Shown: piece by piece, positions 50,546-59,418 of the stretch | Layout: every line of letters starts with the position of its first letter | Numbering within the stretch: the first letter of the stretch is position 1 | NCBI GenBank assembly: GCA_964604175.1 | Contig: CAZRYC010000002.1 | Coordinates: forward strand, 5,215-69,214 | DNA length: 64,000 bases | DNA from: an uncultured Bacteroides sp. | GTDB lineage: Bacteria > Bacteroidota > Bacteroidia > Bacteroidales > Muribaculaceae | Reading direction: 5' to 3' | Notes under the pieces: generated by a model | Told to the model about the DNA's origin: nothing | What the model saw: the letters and a program-made list of their open reading frames with translations, nothing else | Databases searched by the model: none | Position numbers and translations under genes: made by a program

Positions 50546-52543
50546 CTATATCCTGAAGCATGCTGTCACCATCCAGCTTCGCCCAGGCATCGGATAGCGG
50601 GCTACCACGCAATATTGCTTGTCAAAGGCGTTGATCAAGTCGGCTCTCAGTTCCAAGGTTTTTCTCCCTGGCAAAGCGAATTGGCGCCAGGCCGTAAAGC
50701 CCGCCTCCACATACCCGGCAAACCGAGTGGCAGGAAGATTATTGTTAGTGGTATATCGGTCGCTGACCCCCGTGGCGTGAGCCGAGACATTGACCCAGGG
50801 ATTTTCCCAAGCCAAGGAAGCGGCTCCAGAATGCTTGGGAGTATAGGCCACCTGCTTGTTCCACTCGCTGCTCTCGCGATTGGTGCGAGGCTGGGCGCGC
50901 TGATAGCTGTAATTGCCACTGAGTATCAATCGGTGGCAACCACCGAGCCTAAAAGTAGCATCCAAGGTGGCATCCACGCCGTAGCTGCGCACCTTGCTGA
51001 GGTTCACCACTCTCCACACAAACATATTGTAGGGCACGCACACAATCATGTCATTGATATGATTGAGGTACCCATCCACTGTCAGGGTCAATTCCAGCAA
51101 CCACTCCGCACTTTTGGCCGTATATGTGGCTCCTATGTTCACTTGGTTGGTGGTCTCCGGGAGCACATCGGCGCTGCCATAATGGTCGAAATAGCACTCG
51201 TTGAAGCTTGGCATTCGGAATATCTGCTTGTAGCTGGCGCGGAAATAGATATTCTGGCTCATCCAAGGGCGGTAAGAGGCAGATAGCGATGGGGAGAGCT
51301 TATGAGCATTCTTGGCGCTTGTGCCGACCTTGGCGCCATTGTAATACAACGAGCAGAGCAAGCGCGCCATCACTGTGAAATGCCGGTCGCGATACTTTCC
51401 GGTGAGAGATTGCAACACTGAGTGGCGATAGGGATGATTATTGCTGCTGAGGTTGCTGGATAGATTATTGAAGAAATAATCCAGAGAGTAGTCGGCGCTC
51501 CAATGCTGAGAGGGAAGCCACAGCAGAGAACCGGAAGCATACGCCTCGCGCTGGTAGTAATTCTGATTAAGCACACCGCCAGGGTATTTGCCATCCTCAT
51601 CATGGTAGAGGCTGCTGGCATAATTGTATTTGCCCACTCCCTTTACCAGCCAGTGCGAACTGATAGCCTGACTATAGCTAAGCTGACCAAAGGCATTTTC
51701 CTCGGCCAGGCGTTCGTGGCACACATTATTGTAATAGATTACTGGGCCGGGCAGTCTACGGCGGTTCTTGTAATAATAGCCCTTGGCATCGAGAGTGCCT
51801 CCTCCAGGGAGTAGCCAACGCAGATTAAGCTCGCCATGGCCAGTGTTCATGCGGCTGTTGTTACGCTTCTCTTTGGTAACTAATGTGCCATTGACCAGTG
51901 TAAATGGGTAATTGTTATCCGCATGGATAAAATCGCAGATAGCCACGCATTCCACTCGGCTGCTTAAAGGGGCTGACACCCTAACAAATGGATTGGCATA
52001 TCCAAAGCTTCCCACTCGCATCTTTGCGGTGAGAGCCCAAGCGGTGTCGGCCTCCATCATAGTGGCAATTTGCAGCGAGGCAGGGGCTGCAGCAGCGCGG
52101 GCTGGAATGAATATGTCTTCGTTGTCGCCTATGATTAGGCTCAGCTTGTCGATATTGTCAAGGGTATAGCGGCTCAGGTCGATGGCACCGCTCTGGATAT
52201 CGCTCAGTGGCACTCCGTCGTAGCTTACCGATGTATGGGCTGCCCCGAAGCCGCGCACCGATACTGTCTTGAGACCGCCAGCCCCGCCATAGTCGCGCAG
52301 AGTGGTGCCCGGCAAGCGATGGATAGCATCAGCCACATCAGTCACCCCTCCAGTAAGCAGCTTTGCGGCATCGAGCTCATGCGTGGGCGCAGTGGCGCGC
52401 ACCTCACGGTTCACCGGTTCACGGGTCACAGTGACTGTGCGCAGGGTATCGCGCAGCGACTGCGCATGCGCCATCGGGGCACACGCTGCACACAAGAAAA
52501 TTATTGATCCAATAATATGGCTACTCATCCTCGTAAGCGGCAT
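50546..52543 (-). CDS. btuB: TonB-dependent cobalamin receptor
   Basis: RDYGGAGGLKTVSVRG plug, YPMPGRSW C-terminus; downstream of a cobalamin riboswitch. Confidence 0.9.
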   Translation of the reverse strand: MPLTRMSSHIIGSIIFLCAACAPMAHAQSLRDTLRTVTVTREPVNREVRATAPTHELDAAKLLTGGVTDVADAIHRLPGTTLRDYGGAGGLKTVSVRGFGAAHTSVSYDGVPLSDIQSGAIDLSRYTLDNIDKLSLIIGDNEDIFIPARAAAAPASLQIATMMEADTAWALTAKMRVGSFGYANPFVRVSAPLSSRVECVAICDFIHADNNYPFTLVNGTLVTKEKRNNSRMNTGHGELNLRWLLPGGGTLDAKGYYYKNRRRLPGPVIYYNNVCHERLAEENAFGQLSYSQAISSHWLVKGVGKYNYASSLYHDEDGKYPGGVLNQNYYQREAYASGSLLWLPSQHWSADYSLDYFFNNLSSNLSSNNHPYRHSVLQSLTGKYRDRHFTVMARLLCSLYYNGAKVGTSAKNAHKLSPSLSASYRPWMSQNIYFRASYKQIFRMPSFNECYFDHYGSADVLPETTNQVNIGATYTAKSAEWLLELTLTVDGYLNHINDMIVCVPYNMFVWRVVNLSKVRSYGVDATLDATFRLGGCHRLILSGNYSYQRAQPRTNRESSEWNKQVAYTPKHSGAASLAWENPWVNVSAHATGVSDRYTTNNNLPATRFAGYVEAGFTAWRQFALPGRKTLELRADLINAFDKQYCVVARYPMPGRSWMVTACFRI

Positions 52544-52561
52544 ATCGATTTATAACACAAT

Positions 52562-52670
52562 TGCTGAGCAGGTCATCGGACTTGTCGCCATAGTGGCGCA
52601 TCACCGTAGCGGGACTGTCGAGGATTCTTACCTCACTTCCCCTGCCTATCGCTTCTCGCGGTTTCAGCAC
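52562..52670 (-). ncRNA. Cobalamin riboswitch (compact form)
   Basis: Minus strand reads GGGGAAgtgaggtaagAATCCtcgACAGtCCCGCtACGGTGA...AAGTCCGATGACCTGC (B12 box); -7 box TATCTTTG at 52680-52673. Confidence 0.9.
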
Positions 52671-52720
52671 CGCAAAGATACAACATTTTTTTCAATTGAC
52701 AAGGGGTTAGCGGTTAGTGG

Positions 52721-52843
52721 TTTTCAGTTTTCAGTTTTCAGTTTTCAGATTCCCCAATTTATTATTAACTTTGCATTTTATATTTTACTGAAAACTGAAA
52801 ACTGAAAACTGAAAACTGAAAACTGAAAACTGAAAACTGAAAA
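52721..52843. repeat. Inverted 7-mer arrays (TTTTCAG)4 and (CTGAAAA)8 flanking a promoter
   Basis: 52721-52748 and 52788-52843; the 39-bp spacer contains TAACTTTG at 52766-52773. Confidence 0.95.
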
Positions 52844-52846
52844 CCC

Positions 52847-54100
52847 TTGCTTGCTCTCAGCCCGCTCATAGTATTTCTGTGCCTGTACTTGGTCACATCG
52901 TTGGTCCTCAACGACTTCTATGCTGTGCCCATCACCGTGGCATTCGTCATCTCCTCGATCTATGCCGTGGCCATCACCCGAGGTGAGACCATGCGCGAGC
53001 GTGTGGACCATTTCTCAGCCGGAGCCGCCCACCCCAATATCATGCAGATGATTTGGATCTTCATCTTAGCAGGAGCTTTCGCCGCCAGTGCCAAGGATAT
53101 AGGCAGCATCGAGGCCACAGTCAACCTCAGTCTGCAGCTGCTGCCCGGGCAGTGGGTTCCTGCGGGCCTTTTCTTAGGCTCATGCTTCATATCTCTTGCC
53201 ATCGGCACCTCGGTAGGCACAGTGGTGGCCATGGTGCCAGTAGCTGCCGGCATAGCCGATGTCACAGGCACAAGCTTGGGCTTTATGGTAGCCATAGTGG
53301 TAGGCGGGGCTTTCTTTGGCGACAATCTCAGCTTCATCTCCGACACCACGATAGCGGCCACGCGTTCGCAGGGCTGCGAGATGCGCGACAAATTTATGGC
53401 CAACCTGCGCATAGTGCTGCCAGCAGCCGTGGTGGTACTTATTATATACATTGTGTGCGGCCTGGAGGGCAACTATGACGCCATCACCGTGGGCGATGTG
53501 GATTATGTGAAGATCTTGCCCTACATAGTGGTGCTGGTGGGAGCCTTGGCTGGTATAAATGTGATGGTGGTGCTGGTGCTGGGCATAATCACCGTGTTGG
53601 GGGTAAGCCTGATCACTGGGGCTGCCGATGTTTTGGGCTGGTTCTCGTCAATGGGGCAGGGCATAGCCGGCATGGGCGACCTGATAGCCGTCACCCTGCT
53701 TGCCGGAGGCATGCTGGAGCTCATACGCATCAATGGCGGCATCGATTACTTGCTTAGAGCCTTAACGCGCAAGGTGCATGGACGAAGAGGAGCGGCCCTG
53801 TCGATAGCCGGGCTGGTAAGCGTGGCCAACGTATGCACAGCCAACAATACCATAGCCATCATCACCGTGGGTCAGATCTCCCGCGACATCTCAGTGCGCT
53901 ACGGTCTCGATCCCAAGCGCGTGGCCAGCATCTTAGACACCTATTCCTGCGTGATGCAAGGGGTGCTTCCCTATGGCGCACAGCTGCTGATGGCGGGCAG
54001 CTTGGCAGCCTGCTCGCCGCTCACCATCATCGGCTATCTTTATTATCCTATGATTTTATTAGTCACAGCCACAGCCTCAATCATTCTGCGCCGCAGCTAA
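52847..54100 (+). CDS. NhaC-family (Na+/H+ antiporter-like) transporter
   Basis: ISLAIGTSVGT, GGAFFGDNLSFISDTTIAAT, ANNTIAI, LPYGAQ; TTG start next to the repeat. Confidence 0.88.
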   Translation: MLALSPLIVFLCLYLVTSLVLNDFYAVPITVAFVISSIYAVAITRGETMRERVDHFSAGAAHPNIMQMIWIFILAGAFAASAKDIGSIEATVNLSLQLLPGQWVPAGLFLGSCFISLAIGTSVGTVVAMVPVAAGIADVTGTSLGFMVAIVVGGAFFGDNLSFISDTTIAATRSQGCEMRDKFMANLRIVLPAAVVVLIIYIVCGLEGNYDAITVGDVDYVKILPYIVVLVGALAGINVMVVLVLGIITVLGVSLITGAADVLGWFSSMGQGIAGMGDLIAVTLLAGGMLELIRINGGIDYLLRALTRKVHGRRGAALSIAGLVSVANVCTANNTIAIITVGQISRDISVRYGLDPKRVASILDTYSCVMQGVLPYGAQLLMAGSLAACSPLTIIGYLYYPMILLVTATASIILRRS

Positions 54101-54103
54101 GGC

Positions 54104-55972
54104 TTATTCCAAGATTAAGAGCTCGCGAGGGGCGAAAGTGCGAGTGAGCGATTCTGGGATTAGCTCTATTTGCTGGCCGGTAATCACATCGGTGAATGTG
54201 GTACCGGGAGCAATAATCTCGGTGTATCGGCTCATATCCACCTCGTTAGGCTCGTCAAGGCCGTTCATCACCACTATTGCTCGGCTGCCATCTTCTGCTT
54301 GGCGCTGATAGAGATAGATGCCGTTGGTGGGCATGAAATGTGTCATCTTGCCAGTAGCTACAGCTTGGTTGCCTTGGCGCCAATGCAGCAGGGCTGAGAG
54401 GAAATCGAAAGCTTCGTTCTGCTTTGGCGTTCTGCCCTCGGGAATGAAGAGATTTTGCTGGTCACCAGCCCATCCGCCGGGCATATCGCGGCGCACATTT
54501 CCGTCGCCCGGCTTGCGGTCGCCGCTCATCAGCAGTTCTGTGCCATAGTACAGTTGTGGGATGCCGGGCACGGTGAGGATCATAGCCACAGCTTGCTTCC
54601 ATTGGTCGAGCGAGTCAGGCTCGGAGAGGATAAAGCGCTCAGTGTCGTGATTGTCCAGGAAGCGGAGCACGCCAAGGGGATCGGGATAGATATAATCGAG
54701 GGCCAAGTGGTCATAGATTGCATTGAGCCCATTCCAAGGGTCCGTGGCCTCGCGCATGGGCTTCATGTCGCGCATCTTCATCATCAGCGCAAAGTCCATC
54801 ACGGTCGGCAGCTTAGTGTCGATGCCAGCCGGGGGGAGCTTAGAACCCTTTTGCCAAGCCATCTCGCCTGCTGGCTCGGCAAACCAGCACTCACCCAAGA
54901 TATTGAAGTCGGGATATTCTGCCAACACGGCATCGATCCACTGGCCCATGGCCACCATATCGGCATAGGGGTAGGTGTCCATGCGGATGCCGTCAATTTG
55001 CGCTTCCTCAATCCACCAGATAGAGTTCTGCACTAAGTATTTCATAAGGTGGGGATTTCGTTGGTTGAGATCTGGCATCTCCTCTACGAACCAACCGTCC
55101 ACCGAGAGGCATCGGTCATAATCGGTGGCGTACGGGTCGGCAATGGTTGAGAGGCGATAGTTGGTCTGATGATAGTCGCCTTGGAAATTGAACCAGTCGC
55201 TTGCTGGAGGGTCCAAGTGCCAAGGATGCTCAGAGCCGGAATGATTGAAGATCATGTCCATCACAGTCTTGATGCCATGGTTGTGGAGTGTATCAATTAG
55301 GGCTACATAGTCGTGATTGGAGCCGAAGCGGCGATCCACATTGTAATAGTCTGTGGTGGCGTATCCGTGGTAGCTTCCGCCTGGCATGTCGTTTTCGAGC
55401 ACAGGATTGAGCCAAAGGGCAGTAATGCCCAGGGTGTCGAGGTATCCGATATGCTGGCTTATGCCCTGGAGATCGCCACCATGGCGCAGATTAAGGTCTT
55501 GGCGCTGTGCTCCTACGGGGTGACGCATCTCTGGCACCAAGTCATTGGCAGGGTTGCCATTGGCAAAGCGGTCGGGCATCACCATGTATAGCACATCGGC
55601 AGAGGAGAAGCCTTTGGCTCCGCGCATCTCTTGGCGCTGGAGCAGCGGATATTTCTTAGTCACCGACTTCTTGCCTACGGTGAATTTCAAGGGAATTTCT
55701 CCGGGCCGAGCCTCTGGGGATATGTTGAGATAGAGGTAGAGCCAGTTGGGGCTGCCGTCGAGGCGAGCTATGCTGTCTATGGTCACTCCGGGATAGTTGA
55801 GCGAGACTTCGGCCTGGCGGATGTCAGGGCCAGAGACCTGAAGCTGAAGCGAAGTGTCGCGCATGCCAGCCCACCAGTGGGGAGGGTCAATACGGTTAAT
55901 CACTACCGGGGCAGCCTGAGCCATCCAAGCGGCTGCTGCCAACAACAAAGCCAAGCCAATTCTTCTCATCAT
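54104..55972 (-). CDS. susA: GH13 neopullulanase/cyclomaltodextrinase (SusA-like)
   Basis: IDPPHWWAGM, PDRFANG, SYHGY, DMIFNH, DGIRMDT, GECW, FLDNHD. Confidence 0.9.
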   Translation of the reverse strand: MMRRIGLALLLAAAAWMAQAAPVVINRIDPPHWWAGMRDTSLQLQVSGPDIRQAEVSLNYPGVTIDSIARLDGSPNWLYLYLNISPEARPGEIPLKFTVGKKSVTKKYPLLQRQEMRGAKGFSSADVLYMVMPDRFANGNPANDLVPEMRHPVGAQRQDLNLRHGGDLQGISQHIGYLDTLGITALWLNPVLENDMPGGSYHGYATTDYYNVDRRFGSNHDYVALIDTLHNHGIKTVMDMIFNHSGSEHPWHLDPPASDWFNFQGDYHQTNYRLSTIADPYATDYDRCLSVDGWFVEEMPDLNQRNPHLMKYLVQNSIWWIEEAQIDGIRMDTYPYADMVAMGQWIDAVLAEYPDFNILGECWFAEPAGEMAWQKGSKLPPAGIDTKLPTVMDFALMMKMRDMKPMREATDPWNGLNAIYDHLALDYIYPDPLGVLRFLDNHDTERFILSEPDSLDQWKQAVAMILTVPGIPQLYYGTELLMSGDRKPGDGNVRRDMPGGWAGDQQNLFIPEGRTPKQNEAFDFLSALLHWRQGNQAVATGKMTHFMPTNGIYLYQRQAEDGSRAIVVMNGLDEPNEVDMSRYTEIIAPGTTFTDVITGQQIELIPESLTRTFAPRELLILE

Positions 55973-55981
55973 GATATCAGA

Positions 55982-55998
55982 TTTAGAGCCTGTTTAAT
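55982..55998 (+). repeat. 17-bp direct repeat, copy 1 (TTTAGAGCCTGTTTAAT)
   Basis: Identical to 61593-61609. Confidence 0.8.
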
Positions 55999-56127
55999 TC
56001 CTATGGCAAAGTTAACAAATTTTCCTGATTTCCATGATTTACCTCTTCTAATTAATCCTAAAAGTTTTCATCTTAAAAAGAATATGCCATCTGACAGCAG
56101 GAAAGAAAGTCGCTGTTTCATCAAAAG

Positions 56128-56179
56128 CGAAAATTTCGTGCGAAATTTTCGCACGAAATTTTCACACGAAATTTTCACA
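56128..56179. repeat. 13-mer palindromic micro-array x4 (CGAAATTTTC[GA]CA)
   Basis: cgaaaatttcgtg cgaaattttcgca cgaaattttcaca cgaaattttcaca. Confidence 0.9.
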
Positions 56180-56472
56180 ATGCTAAAGCTATCTTAGCGC
56201 AGATAATCAAGGCCGAAGAAGACAACTTCTATGCTTATGGAAATCTTCTAACCAAGGCTCAAAAGCAAGTACTCACAGCCATAGCAAAAATGGGACAACT
56301 TCGCGAACCCATAAACATTGCACAGGTAAAAAAGTATGACCTCCCAGCCATAAGCACTGTGCGAAGTTGTATAAAAACCCTTGTAGAGAAGGAATTTTTG
56401 ATAGACAACAGAGGCGAGATATCAGTCTACAACCGCTTCTACATGCTGTGGCTCCGGTACATCTTCAAATGA
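56179..56472 (+). pseudogene. C-terminal remnant of a Bacteroidales ATP-binding protein (wHTH-like end)
   Basis: Open frame NAKAILAQII...LTKAQKQVLTAIAK...KKYDLPAISTVRSCIKTLVEKEFL...VYNRFYMLWL; upstream it runs into the repeat and a stop, with no P-loop domain. Confidence 0.65.
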
Positions 56473-56623
56473 CTGGCCTAAACTTCTACCAAAATAATAA
56501 GGATGATTAGCTGGCGGAAAGGCTACGAGATCAGCCAGGCCCCGGCCGCCACTGCGACCTCAAGCTTCTCTTGTGTCTTCTTATCGATTAAATTTAAGTT
56601 AGTTTTTAAGGGCTTTCATACAC

Positions 56624-59056
56624 CTATCGTAATTTCTGGACTGAATCAGAATCTGGGAATAAAAATGCATTATCCAATAATTCTTCATCTATGTTTATAC
56701 TTCTATAGCCATTCTTTACTGCTTGAATTACAAACTTTTCAGCTAAGGAACGGCCTAAAAGCTTTCTTAAAACAGAATTAATTTCTGCGCATGTTGTTTT
56801 CCATCGAACTACAGTTTTTGAAATTTCATTATCCTTGTTTTCTCTTACCTCCTTTATTTTTTTAATAGTTTCACTTAATTCATTATAAATTTTAGTAATT
56901 TTAGGATTCAAATAGTCACTAAGATTCTCAGGGCCAATCTTCTTAGCTTCATCCGGATATGCTGACTCAAATAACAGTTCATAAAAATCATCCTCAACTG
57001 TATGTTTTTTTTCGATCTCAACATTAGGTTTATTTAGTCGCTTTTTAATTTTGTAGATATAAGATTTTGAGCCTTTTACTAACTCCTCTACAGGATTCAG
57101 TTTTTCATAACTCTTTGCCCTATCCCAAGGCCCACTTTGGCTTATCAAGTTCAATACCAACCATTGATCTTCAGCAGGGTAATCCTTTATTTTGTCCAAA
57201 TAGTTTTTGATAATATGGCGTGATTTGTCTTTACCCCGCCTCTGCTCAGCATTGATTCCATTTATATAGTCAAGGAAATCCTTATACTTTTCCTTTAGCA
57301 TCGCATCTGCATACTCTGGATGTCTGATTTTGTAAACAGAAGAAAATATCTTGAATAAATCGTCTGTATTTCCACTTTGGGTAGAATCAAAATTCTCTCC
57401 AACATACACTCCTCTCTTTCCATTTAAAGATTTATACAAAAAATATAAATAACAAATATTCTGAGCCTCATTAAAGGATAAAGACCAAATATGGCCAGAT
57501 ATATCCCTAATATTGAGACTACCATCCTCTTTAATAATCAGTTTCGGGAGAATTGAGGCATCTTTAACTATAAGACTAATATCATCATTTCTCAAGGGTT
57601 TGTTTATGCAACCTGGTTGAGAAAAAATCTCATAAATTTCTCCAATTTCAATCCCACATAATCTTGCTTCTATAAATAATCCCTCTAATTTGTGTATTAT
57701 AGGGATATCCTGAGATTGAATTATACCAATCTGTATATCGTAAGCGTACCTTTGATCCAAAAAATCAATACCTCTTTTTGAATCTAATTTTTTTGCCTTT
57801 TTGAGTTCTTTCATACAGTGCTGATAATAAATGTCCAAGAACATTCTTATCGAACTAATGGAAGTCTTATCTAAATTGCGATTCTCACAAAAATGGGTAA
57901 ACTCTCGGTTTATCCTTTCATACTTAAGGATTATATCTTTCCCTTTCTCAAATTTTTTTCTATCATCACTCTTTAAAAAGTCCCTTTCGCCTTTAAAGAG
58001 GTTAAATCTATATCTATCATAGAGGTCACCAAAATCGTCACTATCAATAAAGTCTTTTTCATATAATGGGAAAAACCTTTTCTCTTCAAAATAGCGAGTG
58101 GGAATCCTTGAAAGAGTATAGGGCTCCTTCTTATTTTCCTCTTTTCCTCCACAAATTATATATCTGGTGGAGCTGTATTCCCCTAAAATCTCTTTGATTT
58201 TTTTATTGATGGAAGTTCTTTCAGGATTGAAAGCATTTTTCTGTAACCCGTTTTTATAATTCCCATTGATTGAGAATAGGTCAAGAAAACTCTTCCCCTC
58301 TTTTTCTAAATCGTAAAAAGGAGGATAATCAAACTCCACATTCTCTAAATCTTTCAAATTCTTAATTCCAACCATTGTTAAGAAAAACCAATGCAATAGT
58401 CTTTCTTTCCATGAATTAAGAGAATAAGGAATTCTTACATTATAGAAAAAAGCATCACTCGCCCAGCTAAATTCCTTAAGGAAAAAATTACCATCATAAT
58501 CGACTTCCCAATCAGGCAAATAAGAATCTATAAACCATTCAAGCTTATCTTGTAATCTTACCCCTCGCTCTTTTAAGATTAAAGCAAATTTCCGTATTTC
58601 CTCCAAAAGAAAACTTTTGTCAATATTTCCCCTCATTAAGTCATACACATCTTTATAATACAGTATGTCTGTATAGATTGAGTCTGTAAAAAATGCCGTT
58701 CTATCAATATAATCTTTTACTTCCTCTTTCACAACCCCAAAAAATTTCAAGACTTCTTTGGTCGAGGTCCCATCTATAAAATCTTGAAAATTTGATATAA
58801 AATTTTCATTGGGTACATACCATTTAAGCCACTGTACCCCATTACATTCAATTGAGATATCTCTTAACCAACGGAGATATCCAATGGCGGAAAATTCACA
58901 CTCTTCGCGCTTATTGATAATCAAGAATAGCCGATAAAATAGGTCGAAATCTTGAAGTAATTTTTTTGAAAAATACGATCCAGAAACTTTGATATCAGGA
59001 GACTCAGCTTTTGAGGCTTCCCGAATCCATCGAATCATATTCAATACTTTCGGCAT
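56624..59056 (-). CDS. AT-rich 810-aa hypothetical protein, possible C-terminal winged-helix regulator domain
   Basis: Long ORF in visibly AT-rich DNA; -7 box TAATTTTG at 59086-59079. The domain call is inference. Confidence 0.75.
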   Translation of the reverse strand: MPKVLNMIRWIREASKAESPDIKVSGSYFSKKLLQDFDLFYRLFLIINKREECEFSAIGYLRWLRDISIECNGVQWLKWYVPNENFISNFQDFIDGTSTKEVLKFFGVVKEEVKDYIDRTAFFTDSIYTDILYYKDVYDLMRGNIDKSFLLEEIRKFALILKERGVRLQDKLEWFIDSYLPDWEVDYDGNFFLKEFSWASDAFFYNVRIPYSLNSWKERLLHWFFLTMVGIKNLKDLENVEFDYPPFYDLEKEGKSFLDLFSINGNYKNGLQKNAFNPERTSINKKIKEILGEYSSTRYIICGGKEENKKEPYTLSRIPTRYFEEKRFFPLYEKDFIDSDDFGDLYDRYRFNLFKGERDFLKSDDRKKFEKGKDIILKYERINREFTHFCENRNLDKTSISSIRMFLDIYYQHCMKELKKAKKLDSKRGIDFLDQRYAYDIQIGIIQSQDIPIIHKLEGLFIEARLCGIEIGEIYEIFSQPGCINKPLRNDDISLIVKDASILPKLIIKEDGSLNIRDISGHIWSLSFNEAQNICYLYFLYKSLNGKRGVYVGENFDSTQSGNTDDLFKIFSSVYKIRHPEYADAMLKEKYKDFLDYINGINAEQRRGKDKSRHIIKNYLDKIKDYPAEDQWLVLNLISQSGPWDRAKSYEKLNPVEELVKGSKSYIYKIKKRLNKPNVEIEKKHTVEDDFYELLFESAYPDEAKKIGPENLSDYLNPKITKIYNELSETIKKIKEVRENKDNEISKTVVRWKTTCAEINSVLRKLLGRSLAEKFVIQAVKNGYRSINIDEELLDNAFLFPDSDSVQKLR

Positions 59057-59418
59057 GATACTTTAAGGGTTAATGATGCAAAATTAAATTTTTTAATCGA
59101 ATTTCACACAATTCTATGAAAGATTAACTTTTCTTAACCATAATTGGCACGGTTGTACGCACATTCCTCTTCATCCGTAATAATTCTCCAAGATTCATTC
59201 TATATTATAATATCCTATATATCAGCATATTATCTCTTTCTCCTTTCTTCCACAAAAAATTTTTAAAGGCCACTTATCAATTCAAATGACCTGATTAATA
59301 ATGTTTTACAATTCACTCCACATTTCAAGATAATCTTAAAAAACCTATTTCTATTGAAAAGCGTATCAATCCACATTATCTTTGCATCGATTTATAAATT
59401 TATTTTCTAAATAATACA

